A stretch of 32,693 nucleotides of DNA from Mesotaenium endlicherianum. Its lineage: Eukaryota. The stretch is taken from assembly GCA_009602735.1 (NCBI GenBank), contig WELA01000598.1, positions 16,878-49,570 on the forward strand. Direction: 5' to 3'. The notes under the pieces were generated by a model that searched no databases, was not told the origin of the DNA, and saw nothing but the letters and a program-made list of their open reading frames with translations. This document shows positions 10,501 through 21,927 of this stretch, piece after piece. Each line of letters starts with the position of its first letter. The first letter of the stretch is position 1. Position numbers and translations under genes: made by a program.

Positions 10501-11213
10501 TGGCACCTCAAGGTGCGCAAACTGCAGCTCTCACTCTCTCTCTCTATCTCCTCCCCTTTCGCTCACTCTTCATCTTTTCCTATCTCGCCCCTGCTCTTCT
10601 TGCACCACACGAAACGCACACACAAAAAAACTGGAGTACACATTCTTTAGGTTGCTGGTCTGGCTTGACCGGCCTGGACGCACATCCCCAGGGCTTGAAA
10701 GGAGGAATCTTCAGATACATACATTATTCGTTTCTTTTTTTGCGCTTGTCTTTTGTTTTCCGCTCCCCTCTCGTTGGCAGGTATCAAAGCAGCTTTCCCG
10801 GTCCAATGATGTTGACTGGTAGTGACGTGTCCCTGCTTATTTCCGTGTGTGTCTGTGTGCTGCCAACTGCTCCGCACAAACAGGCCCTCGAGGAGAAGGA
10901 AGGGTTTGACGTGGACGGCGAGCCTGTGCCCTCCGTGGCGGCGACAACGCCGGGCGCATCTCCGGAGAAGATGAGCCCCTCTGAGGTGCAGGATGCCGTC
11001 GATCAAGATCCTGCCGCCCCCGGCTCCCGCGCGGGCGGCCGGGGCGGCCGCAAGTCCAGGATCCGGCAGGGCCGCATCTTCAAGCGGCTGCAGCTCGCTG
11101 ACCTGGAGGCGCATGCGAAGAAGCTGCGGCAGGCGGCCAGGCTGGCGGAGTACATCACGCTCGGGGCGCTGAGCTGGCACCTATGGCATCTGAGCTGTCA
11201 CCTTGTCTTGTGA
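7510..11213 (+). CDS. LEA-repeat protein with N-terminal signal/anchor and C-terminal TMEM205/DUF4149-like membrane domain (about 910 aa), copy 1
   Basis: Exons 7510-7693, 8294-10512 and 10884-11213 (phases 1 and 0; donors G|GTACTG and AAG|GTGCGC; acceptors tttcag and aaacag). The N-terminus is hydrophobic (MALIIGLAVLLTSLVAAIFM), followed by long Ala/Glu/Arg/Gly 11-mer repeats. The C-terminal part, LRLVHLASFAAAYGTAIWT...FARIHPPW...ANSFGLYP...LSWHLWHLSCHLVL*, matches the TMEM205-type pattern seen in plant LEA-related proteins. Confidence 0.85.
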
Positions 11214-11274
11214 GAGAGCGACTGTCGCCCTTCGCGGCGGTGTTTTGTGGCCCAGCTTGTGCAGATTCTCGATC

Positions 11275-11324
11275 TATGGTCCTTGTGTTCCAATGCTGGT
11301 ATGGTCCTTGTGTTCCAATGCTGG
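11275..11324 (+). repeat. Perfect 25-bp tandem duplication in the LEA gene 3' region
   Basis: tatggtccttgtgttccaatgctgg x2 (also present at 19435-19484 in copy 2). Confidence 0.9.
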
Positions 11325-13767
11325 TATATCAGCTGAAAGGATCTATGCGTGGAGGCCTCTGCGTTTGTTAAGGAGTGTGATGTCTAGGGAATGAATGGAC
11401 TGGCAGCAACCAGCAGGCCGTGAGGGTGCGCATGAGTGGGGATTAGCAGAAAGGGAAAGTGAAGGGACAGAAGGAGAGGAGAGGCTATGTGGGGGCCTTG
11501 ACGACTAGTTAGCTCGTAGCCATGTATCGACATTACGTGGTTTCTCATCCTTGTAGCATGATTGTGTTGCATACCTTCAACCTGAATAGTGCATGCTTTC
11601 GTTTAGTCGTTGCGCGTAGGTGGTACTGCTAGGTGGCATGGCCTTGTCCAAGAGTGAGCTGATTAAGGCCATGCATGCGTCGACCCTAGAAAGCAAAGTG
11701 GTCTGTCTGACCTCATCGTTCTCAACGTACATGCTCGCTCGCTTGCCATGCCTGCATGTCAGCGGGTGCTCGGTTGTCTACTGTACGGTAGTACGTGGTC
11801 CATAGTTTTGTAGGTTTATACATTGAGGAGATATGGTGATATGCATGATATGGTGCTGTGCAGAGGCTCGACTCTAATGGAAATAATTAGTTAAAAGTTG
11901 CATGAGCTAGTCTTGGTACGTATGAGCACTTTAATCCGTGTATCAGGATCTTAGAGCGCGCATTTGATACACGCTATCCAGCCATATACAGCTAGCTGTG
12001 CCTCACGTGCCAAACGCACCCTTGTTAGCCACGTTTCTGCCTGCTTCGCGTATGCATGGTGTTGGCAGCTGGGGTATGACACAAAAGTTATAGGTATATG
12101 GTCAAAATTGTCACGGACTATATCAATTCTCTGGATAGAGCTGTCAGGCATGGCACAAGCTAGAGTACGAAAGAGATTGCGTGGAGAGAGTTGGTGATAA
12201 CTCCTTCCGCCAACTATTCTTGCAAAAACATGAAATCAGACTACGGTTGCTGAAGTATGTACTTTAAGCTTAAAAAGCCTGCACAACTCTCAAGTCATAT
12301 TTGAGTCGCCCCTGGATAACAAAAATAGGGTACACCTAAGAGCATTAAGAAGAGATGCTGTTATATGGAAGGAGGCTACACGGTGGCACAAGAAGGGGCC
12401 AACATTGCCAGGCCATGCCTGCTTGCTGCTTGACGCAGAGGGATCTACCCTATGGCCATATTGAGGAACTATAAACTCACATACCGCGGTTGTGTCCCGA
12501 AAGAGACCTTTGTGACCAATCATTGCACCGACACTAAACGTTCCCGTGGAGCAACTCTTTGCAGTGCCATGAGTGCACGCTTCTCTGGTCCTTGAGGGCC
12601 TGTGCATAACCTACGCAAGAGGATAGGGGGGTGATTAAATAGGTTGTACTGCAAATTCTACGAGAAAGACCTCTAGGAGCTAGGGAGTATAAATCAATGA
12701 GTGGGTTCATATCCAACATGCTAAAGCACATCGACTTTGTTACTGCGCGCGTCAGCCTCTGCTGCAGAGACTCCATTGGTTTCCCTTGCCCTCGTCGGTC
12801 CAGTCAACACAACCTTGCATGCTCTCATCAACAAGGGCCCAGGACCACAGCTTGTGCTGTCATGCCATCTGGTGTTCGACTGATTGGCCAGCAAACGGCC
12901 GCATGGGTGGGCACAGGACGTTTACAAATGCAGCACGCCTGCAATCTCCAGCTGGCGTCAGACACTCAGCTCGCGGCAGGACCTTCATCTGCAAGGAAGG
13001 ATTCACACATCTAGCCACTCAGAAGAACGCTCTGAGAAAAGCCGGGAGATAAGCGGCCGTCCCACCGCCCCATGCTGTCTGATCTGGACCTCCCTGACAG
13101 GCCTTTCAAGAGCATCGTTTAAGAGGAGAGAAGCGAGGGCAAGGAGAACAGGCGCAACTGCAGATGCCACTGCTCTTGACAGCACGATCCCATTGTTCTG
13201 CCCCTCGGACTGTCTGTTATGATTCCTGTCCTTTTGCTATGACCTTACTATCGTATGCGACGAGGTAACAAAGGTGACCAATCTTATGCTACACAATCTT
13301 ACAGCTACGCGCAAGCTTTCGAGGGCTACATAGTGCATCTTTGAGCCCGTTCAGTGGAGTGCACGGCAGCCGGCAGACAGGTAATAGCATGCGCACGGAT
13401 GAGCTACGAGGACCACGGGGTAACTCTCCACGTCCTCTTACACCGCTCCCTCTTCTCCAAGCACCAGATGCCGCTTCTAAGCTAGGAGCAGCAGATGCCC
13501 CCTGTTGGGCCTGGAGGCACCAACTAAGACAGTGGCCAGTCTCAGAGGGCAGCCCCAAATCTCTCAGCAATCTCAGCCAGGTCAACCCCCTTGCACCTCC
13601 CACCAGGCACCAGGCCCCGGCATCAGGCGCAAGCCACACCCACAGCAGCCCAAAGGATTGCGCAGTAGGGCCTTCTTCAAGCAGCACAGGGCAGGTCTGG
13701 GAGGGGCGGGGGGGACGCACTGGGGTGGTAATCTCGAGCGCCGCTCGCCACCCGGCTCCCCCGGGGC

Positions 13768-13871
13768 CTATCGGCGGCCGCCAATGCCGCCGCCCGAGAG
13801 CTCCACGTCCGTGAAGTCGTTGTCGTTGTTGTGGGATCCGTGCCCGTTGAATCGCTCGTACGGCGTGCGCG
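13768..13871 (-). pseudogene. Orphan duplicate of the last exon of the malectin-like gene (product of the duplication)
   Basis: Identical to 21928-22031. Its upstream intron is cut at the N at 14278. Confidence 0.6.
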
Positions 13872-14278
13872 CTGCTTTCCCCCCCCCTCCAACGCGCGTT
13901 GTTGCCATTTGTTCAATCAGCACATACAAGAGCATGGCAGCACCTCTTGTACGTAGCGAGAGCAGGAGCGGGAGCAGGAGCATGAACACACACAAAGGCT
14001 TGGCAGAGCAAGCACACGAACAGAAGCACCGCACTTGCACCCCCACATCGCCCGCAGCGACATGCCCCAACATTTGCGAATATGCATTAAGGCAGGTATG
14101 GGCTCACAATCCAGATGCAGCAGCACCTATTAGGGGCATCGGCAGGCCTGTACCTCAGAAGAAGAGAAAAAAAACAATTCCAAAAAAAATAAAATTTGGC
14201 AGCCAATGACGCTTCCAGTCATTGTGTGAGCTGAACCTCGCCCACGGGGTGGGGTGGGGTAGGGGAGTGGGGGGAGAN

Positions 14279-14546
14279 CGAGTTCCTCGTGCCCGTTTTG
14301 TATACTACTCCACGCTTCGTCGCGATCTAAAATAATAGCCATGTGCAGAGGGCGTTTCTTTTGTAGATACTCCTGTACCAGAAATTGCTTCTTTCGCCAT
14401 TTAGATGATATTTGGTTTCTGATTAGAAAACTAAATGTGATTGGATTGAAGGACAGAATCGTCTTCCTTAAGCTAATGCCCAGATGATATAATAGGTGAA
14501 CGACTTGCAGGAGGAAATAGGCAAAGAACGAAGGAAGCTTAAACAT
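14279..14546 (-). pseudogene. Truncated duplicate of NUS1 exon 1
   Basis: Identical to 6119-6386 (MFKLPSFF...QNGHEEL) and broken at the N at 14278. No downstream exons follow. Confidence 0.7.
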
Positions 14547-15669
14547 GACACTATAGTTTAAGTGAGCTTCGTAAGATGAACGAGGACAAGCAGCGATGGT
14601 CCCCTGAAGGCATAATCTGAGCTTAATCAATGTGCGTATATACAGTTGAACAGCTACATGTACGTATGCACGTCGATCTGTTGTTGTAGAAACAGACCTG
14701 CGATCTATAAACTTTCGAGTTCTTGCCTTCTGATTTAGCGTTCAAGTCCGTTAATTTGAAGTCCGGGCTTTTAGTACATGCGCGTTCATGCAACTGACAG
14801 GACCGTGGAACAAGACCAGGCAAGACCAGACAAGACCCTGGGCAAGGCCTGACTGGAAATGACCTGAGAATGACCAGCAAAATTACACACGAGAGTTAGA
14901 CGTTGCCCGGCAGTTTTCGGAACGTCTTGAAGCTTGCCGTCGAGAGCTAAACCGATGAGGACAAAATGTGGACAACTACGATGCGCAGATTACGATGCGC
15001 AGATTACGATTCGCAAATTGGCCAGATGACGCAGATGACTGCCTCGTTTTTTGGTACCGATCACTTTTAAGTACCGCGTTTTATTCAAGTGGTACCTGCA
15101 TGTACTATGTCGCATTTCGGGTGCTTCGGGTACTATGGGGCCGAAACAGCATGCCAAATGGCAACACATGGAGCTCGTAAGCAGAGACCTCATGGGGACC
15201 TGTGCAATTTCAAGTGGCTCTTCAAACGGCAAGCTGCAGGCTTTCCACGTGTCTTATGCCTCATCATTAAGCTTCAGCAAATGCTGACGAGTGTTTCTCC
15301 AACGAGGCAGCATAATTTTGCATGGTGCCAGCTTTTTCTCTTTGCCTTTGGAACTAGAAAATGAAGACGAAAGATAGCGCCAGCCAGCCCTCTAGTGCAA
15401 GGATATTTCTTCCTGCTTACACTCATCTACCACTCGAAAGAAAGCTTAAGAGAGGAGTCGAAAGACTTGAAGACGATAGTTCGAAGGGCTGGGACGCGAG
15501 GATAATGTTGCGGTGACATTGATTGCTAATAAGTTTTTCACCAGGAAGTAAAATGATGGTCTGAAGGGGTGTAGAGGCCCCGTAGGATTGAAAAGTTAAA
15601 CGACCTTCTTTTCAGAAAACCATACTATAATACTGGTTATTGTCAGTCGTTTGAAGTGAAGGAAGAGTT

Positions 15670-18600
15670 ATGGCTCTTATCATAGGATTAGCTGTACTCC
15701 TTACGAGTCTCGTGGCTGCTATATTCATGGCTCCCGAACCACTCGTTATCCTTTTCCCAGGCTCTGGGAACCGTATGCTTGCAGGCATGTCTTATAAGGA
15801 CCGGAATACGGGAAAGCCCTACGAGAAGAGTTCTGGAAGCCCATACGATGAAGGTACTGACGTTCACTATTATCGTTCAGTTCATTACATTTCAATGAAG
15901 CTCTCAACAGGAAACTCTAAATTTAACTAAAACAGGTGTCCTGTATATGTACCCTGTTTTAAGCACTGCGAGTAGAAGATTTATGCCCTAAATTAAGGAT
16001 CCTCGGTTGTAAAGGACCGTATGATTTCTGTACTTCATGTTCCTGTTCTCTTTTCCTACCTTCTCACTGCTGTTTGTCTAGTCTTTAATGAAGAAGAGCC
16101 AGTATGGACTTCTGTTCGTTTTAAACATTCCTTTTAATATTCCAGAGATAGGCACAGTGTGTGTTGGGTAATAGGAACTATGCTTGTCTTCCTACTTTTG
16201 TCTGCTGGATTGTTGATGTTTTTTTCTAATGTGGCAGATTGCCTGGCATTTGAAGAATAAGCAGAGAAACCAGCAGACAACCTGCACAGTGAATAATCGA
16301 AAGAAAGAGATACAAGAGGCGATGCATTTTTGTGCAAGAAAAATACATTTTACTGTATGAAAAGTTTCACGCTCAAAAAAGGACGCGAACGTCCCGTTGC
16401 TGATACTTCTTGGGCTCATCTTGATTCTTGTGTGCTCTTTGATTCTCTTTCAGACATAGCAGGGGCAAAGGGGAAGCTGCCCTTTGTCCCTTCGCTTGCC
16501 GGAGGCAGAGGCAGGGAGGAGGACTCCGAGCCCCACCTGGCAGCAACAGAGGAGATGACAGCTGCCGCACAGTCAGTGCTCGCAGCTATCCGCGCCGCCC
16601 AGGAAGCTGCATTGGCAGGGAAGGAGGATGCCAGGCAGGCGCAGGGGATGCGGGCGTGGCACGAAGGCGAGGCCTCAGGGCAGCAGGACCCGGCCCTCAG
16701 AGAGTGGTCTTCCCAGCTCGTGGACGATGCTAAGTACGGAAGCCCTGAGAGAGAGCTGGCTGAGCTGAAGCTTGCTCACGGGAAAGGCACGCAGCTCCTG
16801 GAGCCGGCAGAGGGAGCCCTCTTTGACGTGAGCGGGGCTGCCAGGGGCGAGGTGGCGGCTGCAGGGCACACGGTGGCGGGAGCCGCCGCCCGGGCCGGGC
16901 ACTCTGCAGTGGAGGGCTTGCAGCGAGCGGGGCACTCGGTGGCAGAGGGAGCGCAGAGGGCCAAGGAGAGGGTGGAGGGCGCGGCTACTAGGGCAGAGGA
17001 ATATGTGGCGGAGGGAGTCCATAGGGTGGGGACCACAGTTGCTGACACAGCAGCCAAGACGCGCGACGCTGCTGTCCACGTGGGCCGCGCGGTCCGCGAC
17101 GCGCCGGTGCGGGCGGGCCAGGCGGTGGTGGGGACCGCGCAGCGTGCGGGCCACGCGACGTACGAGGCGACGGCACACGTGGCGCAGGCGGCAAAGGACC
17201 GCGTGGTGGGGGCTGAGCGCGCGGCGGTTCGGACGGCTGAGGAGGCGTGGGAGAGAGTCGCAGACGCAGCTAGGGCTGCAGAAGAGAGCATCGAGAGGGC
17301 CGCCAACCTCATGCCCGGCAAGGTGAGGGGCGCGGGGGGGAGAGTGGTGGGCCTGGAGGAGGCCGCCCGGAGGAGGGCGGGTGATGCCGCTCACGCCACC
17401 TGGGACGGCGCCAGGCAGACAGCCGACACCGCTCACGAGAACGTCCGGGGCGCCGCCCGCGGCGTGGGGCACGCCGCAGGGGAGGCGGCGCGCGGTGTGG
17501 GGAGGGGCCTCTACGCAGAGGAGGAGGCCGTGCGTCGCGGAATTGCGGGAGCGGGGCACCGGGCTTGGGACGACGCCGTGTGGGCCGAGGAGGCTGCCAG
17601 GCACGGGGTTGGCCGGGCCGGGGAGAGGGTGTGGGAGAAGATGAAGGGCCGCAGCGAGGAGGTGAGGGAGGCTGCGGGAGGGGCGGCCCACAAGGCCTGG
17701 GAGAAGGCCGGCGAGGTGGGGGAGGCTGCGGAGGACCGCGCTGCGTCGGCCGGGCGGGTTGCCTGGGAGACAGCTGGCGATGCGGAGGAGGCTCTGGAGG
17801 AGAAGCTGGTGCGGCTTGGGTACAAGGCCAGAGATGGCGCGGCTGGGGCCGTGGCTGGAGCCGCGGCCGGGGCGAGGGCTGGGGTCGGGAGGGCTGCTGA
17901 TATTGCGGGAGGCTGGAAGCAGGGGCAGGGGGGAGGTGCGGGGCCTTCGACGAGGGACTCGAGGATCTATCGCCTTCTGGACAGCATCTCGGAGGCGGCT
18001 GCCACGCACGCCGCCGCCCAGTTTGCCGCCCAGAATCCGCACATCGGCACGCCTGAGCGTCGCGAGGAGAAGCTCTCGGGGCTGCTGTCGTTGCTGAGAG
18101 GGGAAAGCTCCGGGGCTGCAGGGAAAGGGCAGGGGCTGGGACTGGGGCTGGGGGAGGACGAGGAGGGCGAGGGAGAGGGCCTGCTGACACGAGGCAGGGC
18201 TGGAGAGAAGAGGTCCAAATTTCACGGCCCACACGATGCGGACTTTGAAGGCATGCAGCGGCCCGACCACTTCGAGTGGCGGTACCTGTGGCTGAGCGCG
18301 CTGCGGCTGGTCCACCTGGCGAGCTTCGCGGCGGCCTACGGAACGGCCATCTGGACGGTCCTGGTGCTGCCACACGCGCTCCACAAGCTGTGGCGTGCGA
18401 GATTCCAGCTGGTGGCACCTGTCAGCCCCTCGCTCCTCCCCCCGAGCCCCCAGGAGGCTGTCAGCGGGCTGGCGCAGCCCCTCGTGAGGAATCTTCTGCA
18501 GGCCTCCTATTGGCTGCTGGGGCCCTCGCTGGTGCTCTGCGTGGCCACGTTTGCGCGCATCCACCCCCCCTGGCGTGCTGGCGACTCGGAGGCGTGGCAT

Positions 18601-19373
18601 GTGGCGCCGCTGGTGGTGGCGCTCGCGGCGGCGGCCGCCAACAGCTTCGGCCTCTACCCCTGGCACCTCAAGGTGCGCAAACTGCAGCTCTCACTCTCTC
18701 TCTCTATCTCCTCCCCTTTCGCTCACTCTTCATCTTTTCCTATCTCGCCCCTGCTCTTCTTGCACCACACGAAACGCACACACAAAAAAACTGGAGTACA
18801 CATTCTTTAGGTTGCTGGTCTGGCTTGACCGGCCTGGACGCACATCCCCAGGGCTTGAAAGGAGGAATCTTCAGATACATACATTATTCGTTTCTTTTTT
18901 TGCGCTTGTCTTTTGTTTTCCGCTCCCCTCTCGTTGGCAGGTATCAAAGCAGCTTTCCCGGTCCAATGATGTTGACTGGTAGTGACGTGTCCCTGCTTAT
19001 TTCCGTGTGTGTCTGTGTGCTGCCAACTGCTCCGCACAAACAGGCCCTCGAGGAGAAGGAAGGGTTTGACGTGGACGGCGAGCCTGTGCCCTCCGTGGCG
19101 GCGACAACGCCGGGCGCATCTCCGGAGAAGATGAGCCCCTCTGAGGTGCAGGATGCCGTCGATCAAGATCCTGCCGCCCCCGGCTCCCGCGCGGGCGGCC
19201 GGGGCGGCCGCAAGTCCAGGATCCGGCAGGGCCGCATCTTCAAGCGGCTGCAGCTCGCTGACCTGGAGGCGCATGCGAAGAAGCTGCGGCAGGCGGCCAG
19301 GCTGGCGGAGTACATCACGCTCGGGGCGCTGAGCTGGCACCTATGGCATCTGAGCTGTCACCTTGTCTTGTGA
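15670..19373 (+). CDS. LEA-repeat/TMEM205-like protein, copy 2 (identical; probably not a real paralogue)
   Basis: Exons 15670-15853, 16454-18672 and 19044-19373, equal to copy 1 + 8160. Confidence 0.75.
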
Positions 19374-21927
19374 GAGAGCGACTGTCGCCCTTCGCGGCGG
19401 TGTTTTGTGGCCCAGCTTGTGCAGATTCTCGATCTATGGTCCTTGTGTTCCAATGCTGGTATGGTCCTTGTGTTCCAATGCTGGTATATCAGCTGAAAGG
19501 ATCTATGCGTGGAGGCCTCTGCGTTTGTTAAGGAGTGTGATGTCTAGGGAATGAATGGACTGGCAGCAACCAGCAGGCCGTGAGGGTGCGCATGAGTGGG
19601 GATTAGCAGAAAGGGAAAGTGAAGGGACAGAAGGAGAGGAGAGGCTATGTGGGGGCCTTGACGACTAGTTAGCTCGTAGCCATGTATCGACATTACGTGG
19701 TTTCTCATCCTTGTAGCATGATTGTGTTGCATACCTTCAACCTGAATAGTGCATGCTTTCGTTTAGTCGTTGCGCGTAGGTGGTACTGCTAGGTGGCATG
19801 GCCTTGTCCAAGAGTGAGCTGATTAAGGCCATGCATGCGTCGACCCTAGAAAGCAAAGTGGTCTGTCTGACCTCATCGTTCTCAACGTACATGCTCGCTC
19901 GCTTGCCATGCCTGCATGTCAGCGGGTGCTCGGTTGTCTACTGTACGGTAGTACGTGGTCCATAGTTTTGTAGGTTTATACATTGAGGAGATATGGTGAT
20001 ATGCATGATATGGTGCTGTGCAGAGGCTCGACTCTAATGGAAATAATTAGTTAAAAGTTGCATGAGCTAGTCTTGGTACGTATGAGCACTTTAATCCGTG
20101 TATCAGGATCTTAGAGCGCGCATTTGATACACGCTATCCAGCCATATACAGCTAGCTGTGCCTCACGTGCCAAACGCACCCTTGTTAGCCACGTTTCTGC
20201 CTGCTTCGCGTATGCATGGTGTTGGCAGCTGGGGTATGACACAAAAGTTATAGGTATATGGTCAAAATTGTCACGGACTATATCAATTCTCTGGATAGAG
20301 CTGTCAGGCATGGCACAAGCTAGAGTACGAAAGAGATTGCGTGGAGAGAGTTGGTGATAACTCCTTCCGCCAACTATTCTTGCAAAAACATGAAATCAGA
20401 CTACGGTTGCTGAAGTATGTACTTTAAGCTTAAAAAGCCTGCACAACTCTCAAGTCATATTTGAGTCGCCCCTGGATAACAAAAATAGGGTACACCTAAG
20501 AGCATTAAGAAGAGATGCTGTTATATGGAAGGAGGCTACACGGTGGCACAAGAAGGGGCCAACATTGCCAGGCCATGCCTGCTTGCTGCTTGACGCAGAG
20601 GGATCTACCCTATGGCCATATTGAGGAACTATAAACTCACATACCGCGGTTGTGTCCCGAAAGAGACCTTTGTGACCAATCATTGCACCGACACTAAACG
20701 TTCCCGTGGAGCAACTCTTTGCAGTGCCATGAGTGCACGCTTCTCTGGTCCTTGAGGGCCTGTGCATAACCTACGCAAGAGGATAGGGGGGTGATTAAAT
20801 AGGTTGTACTGCAAATTCTACGAGAAAGACCTCTAGGAGCTAGGGAGTATAAATCAATGAGTGGGTTCATATCCAACATGCTAAAGCACATCGACTTTGT
20901 TACTGCGCGCGTCAGCCTCTGCTGCAGAGACTCCATTGGTTTCCCTTGCCCTCGTCGGTCCAGTCAACACAACCTTGCATGCTCTCATCAACAAGGGCCC
21001 AGGACCACAGCTTGTGCTGTCATGCCATCTGGTGTTCGACTGATTGGCCAGCAAACGGCCGCATGGGTGGGCACAGGACGTTTACAAATGCAGCACGCCT
21101 GCAATCTCCAGCTGGCGTCAGACACTCAGCTCGCGGCAGGACCTTCATCTGCAAGGAAGGATTCACACATCTAGCCACTCAGAAGAACGCTCTGAGAAAA
21201 GCCGGGAGATAAGCGGCCGTCCCACCGCCCCATGCTGTCTGATCTGGACCTCCCTGACAGGCCTTTCAAGAGCATCGTTTAAGAGGAGAGAAGCGAGGGC
21301 AAGGAGAACAGGCGCAACTGCAGATGCCACTGCTCTTGACAGCACGATCCCATTGTTCTGCCCCTCGGACTGTCTGTTATGATTCCTGTCCTTTTGCTAT
21401 GACCTTACTATCGTATGCGACGAGGTAACAAAGGTGACCAATCTTATGCTACACAATCTTACAGCTACGCGCAAGCTTTCGAGGGCTACATAGTGCATCT
21501 TTGAGCCCGTTCAGTGGAGTGCACGGCAGCCGGCAGACAGGTAATAGCATGCGCACGGATGAGCTACGAGGACCACGGGGTAACTCTCCACGTCCTCTTA
21601 CACCGCTCCCTCTTCTCCAAGCACCAGATGCCGCTTCTAAGCTAGGAGCAGCAGATGCCCCCTGTTGGGCCTGGAGGCACCAACTAAGACAGTGGCCAGT
21701 CTCAGAGGGCAGCCCCAAATCTCTCAGCAATCTCAGCCAGGTCAACCCCCTTGCACCTCCCACCAGGCACCAGGCCCCGGCATCAGGCGCAAGCCACACC
21801 CACAGCAGCCCAAAGGATTGCGCAGTAGGGCCTTCTTCAAGCAGCACAGGGCAGGTCTGGGAGGGGCGGGGGGGACGCACTGGGGTGGTAATCTCGAGCG
21901 CCGCTCGCCACCCGGCTCCCCCGGGGC

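Larger units (their letters stand above)
6119..14277. repeat. Copy 1 of 8159-bp direct tandem duplication
   Basis: Sequence and ORF translations recur at a constant +8160 offset. The copies are separated by a single N at 14278. Confidence 0.97.

Noticed and set aside
8515..10506. 663-aa and 369-aa antisense ORFs (and their copies at +8160)
   Set aside because: Shadows of the GC-rich LEA exon, with Pro/Arg-rich translations and no recognisable domain.
14130..14630. Apparent NUS1 fusion ORF with a new C-terminus
   Set aside because: It reads across the N at 14278, the duplication junction, so it is most likely artefactual.
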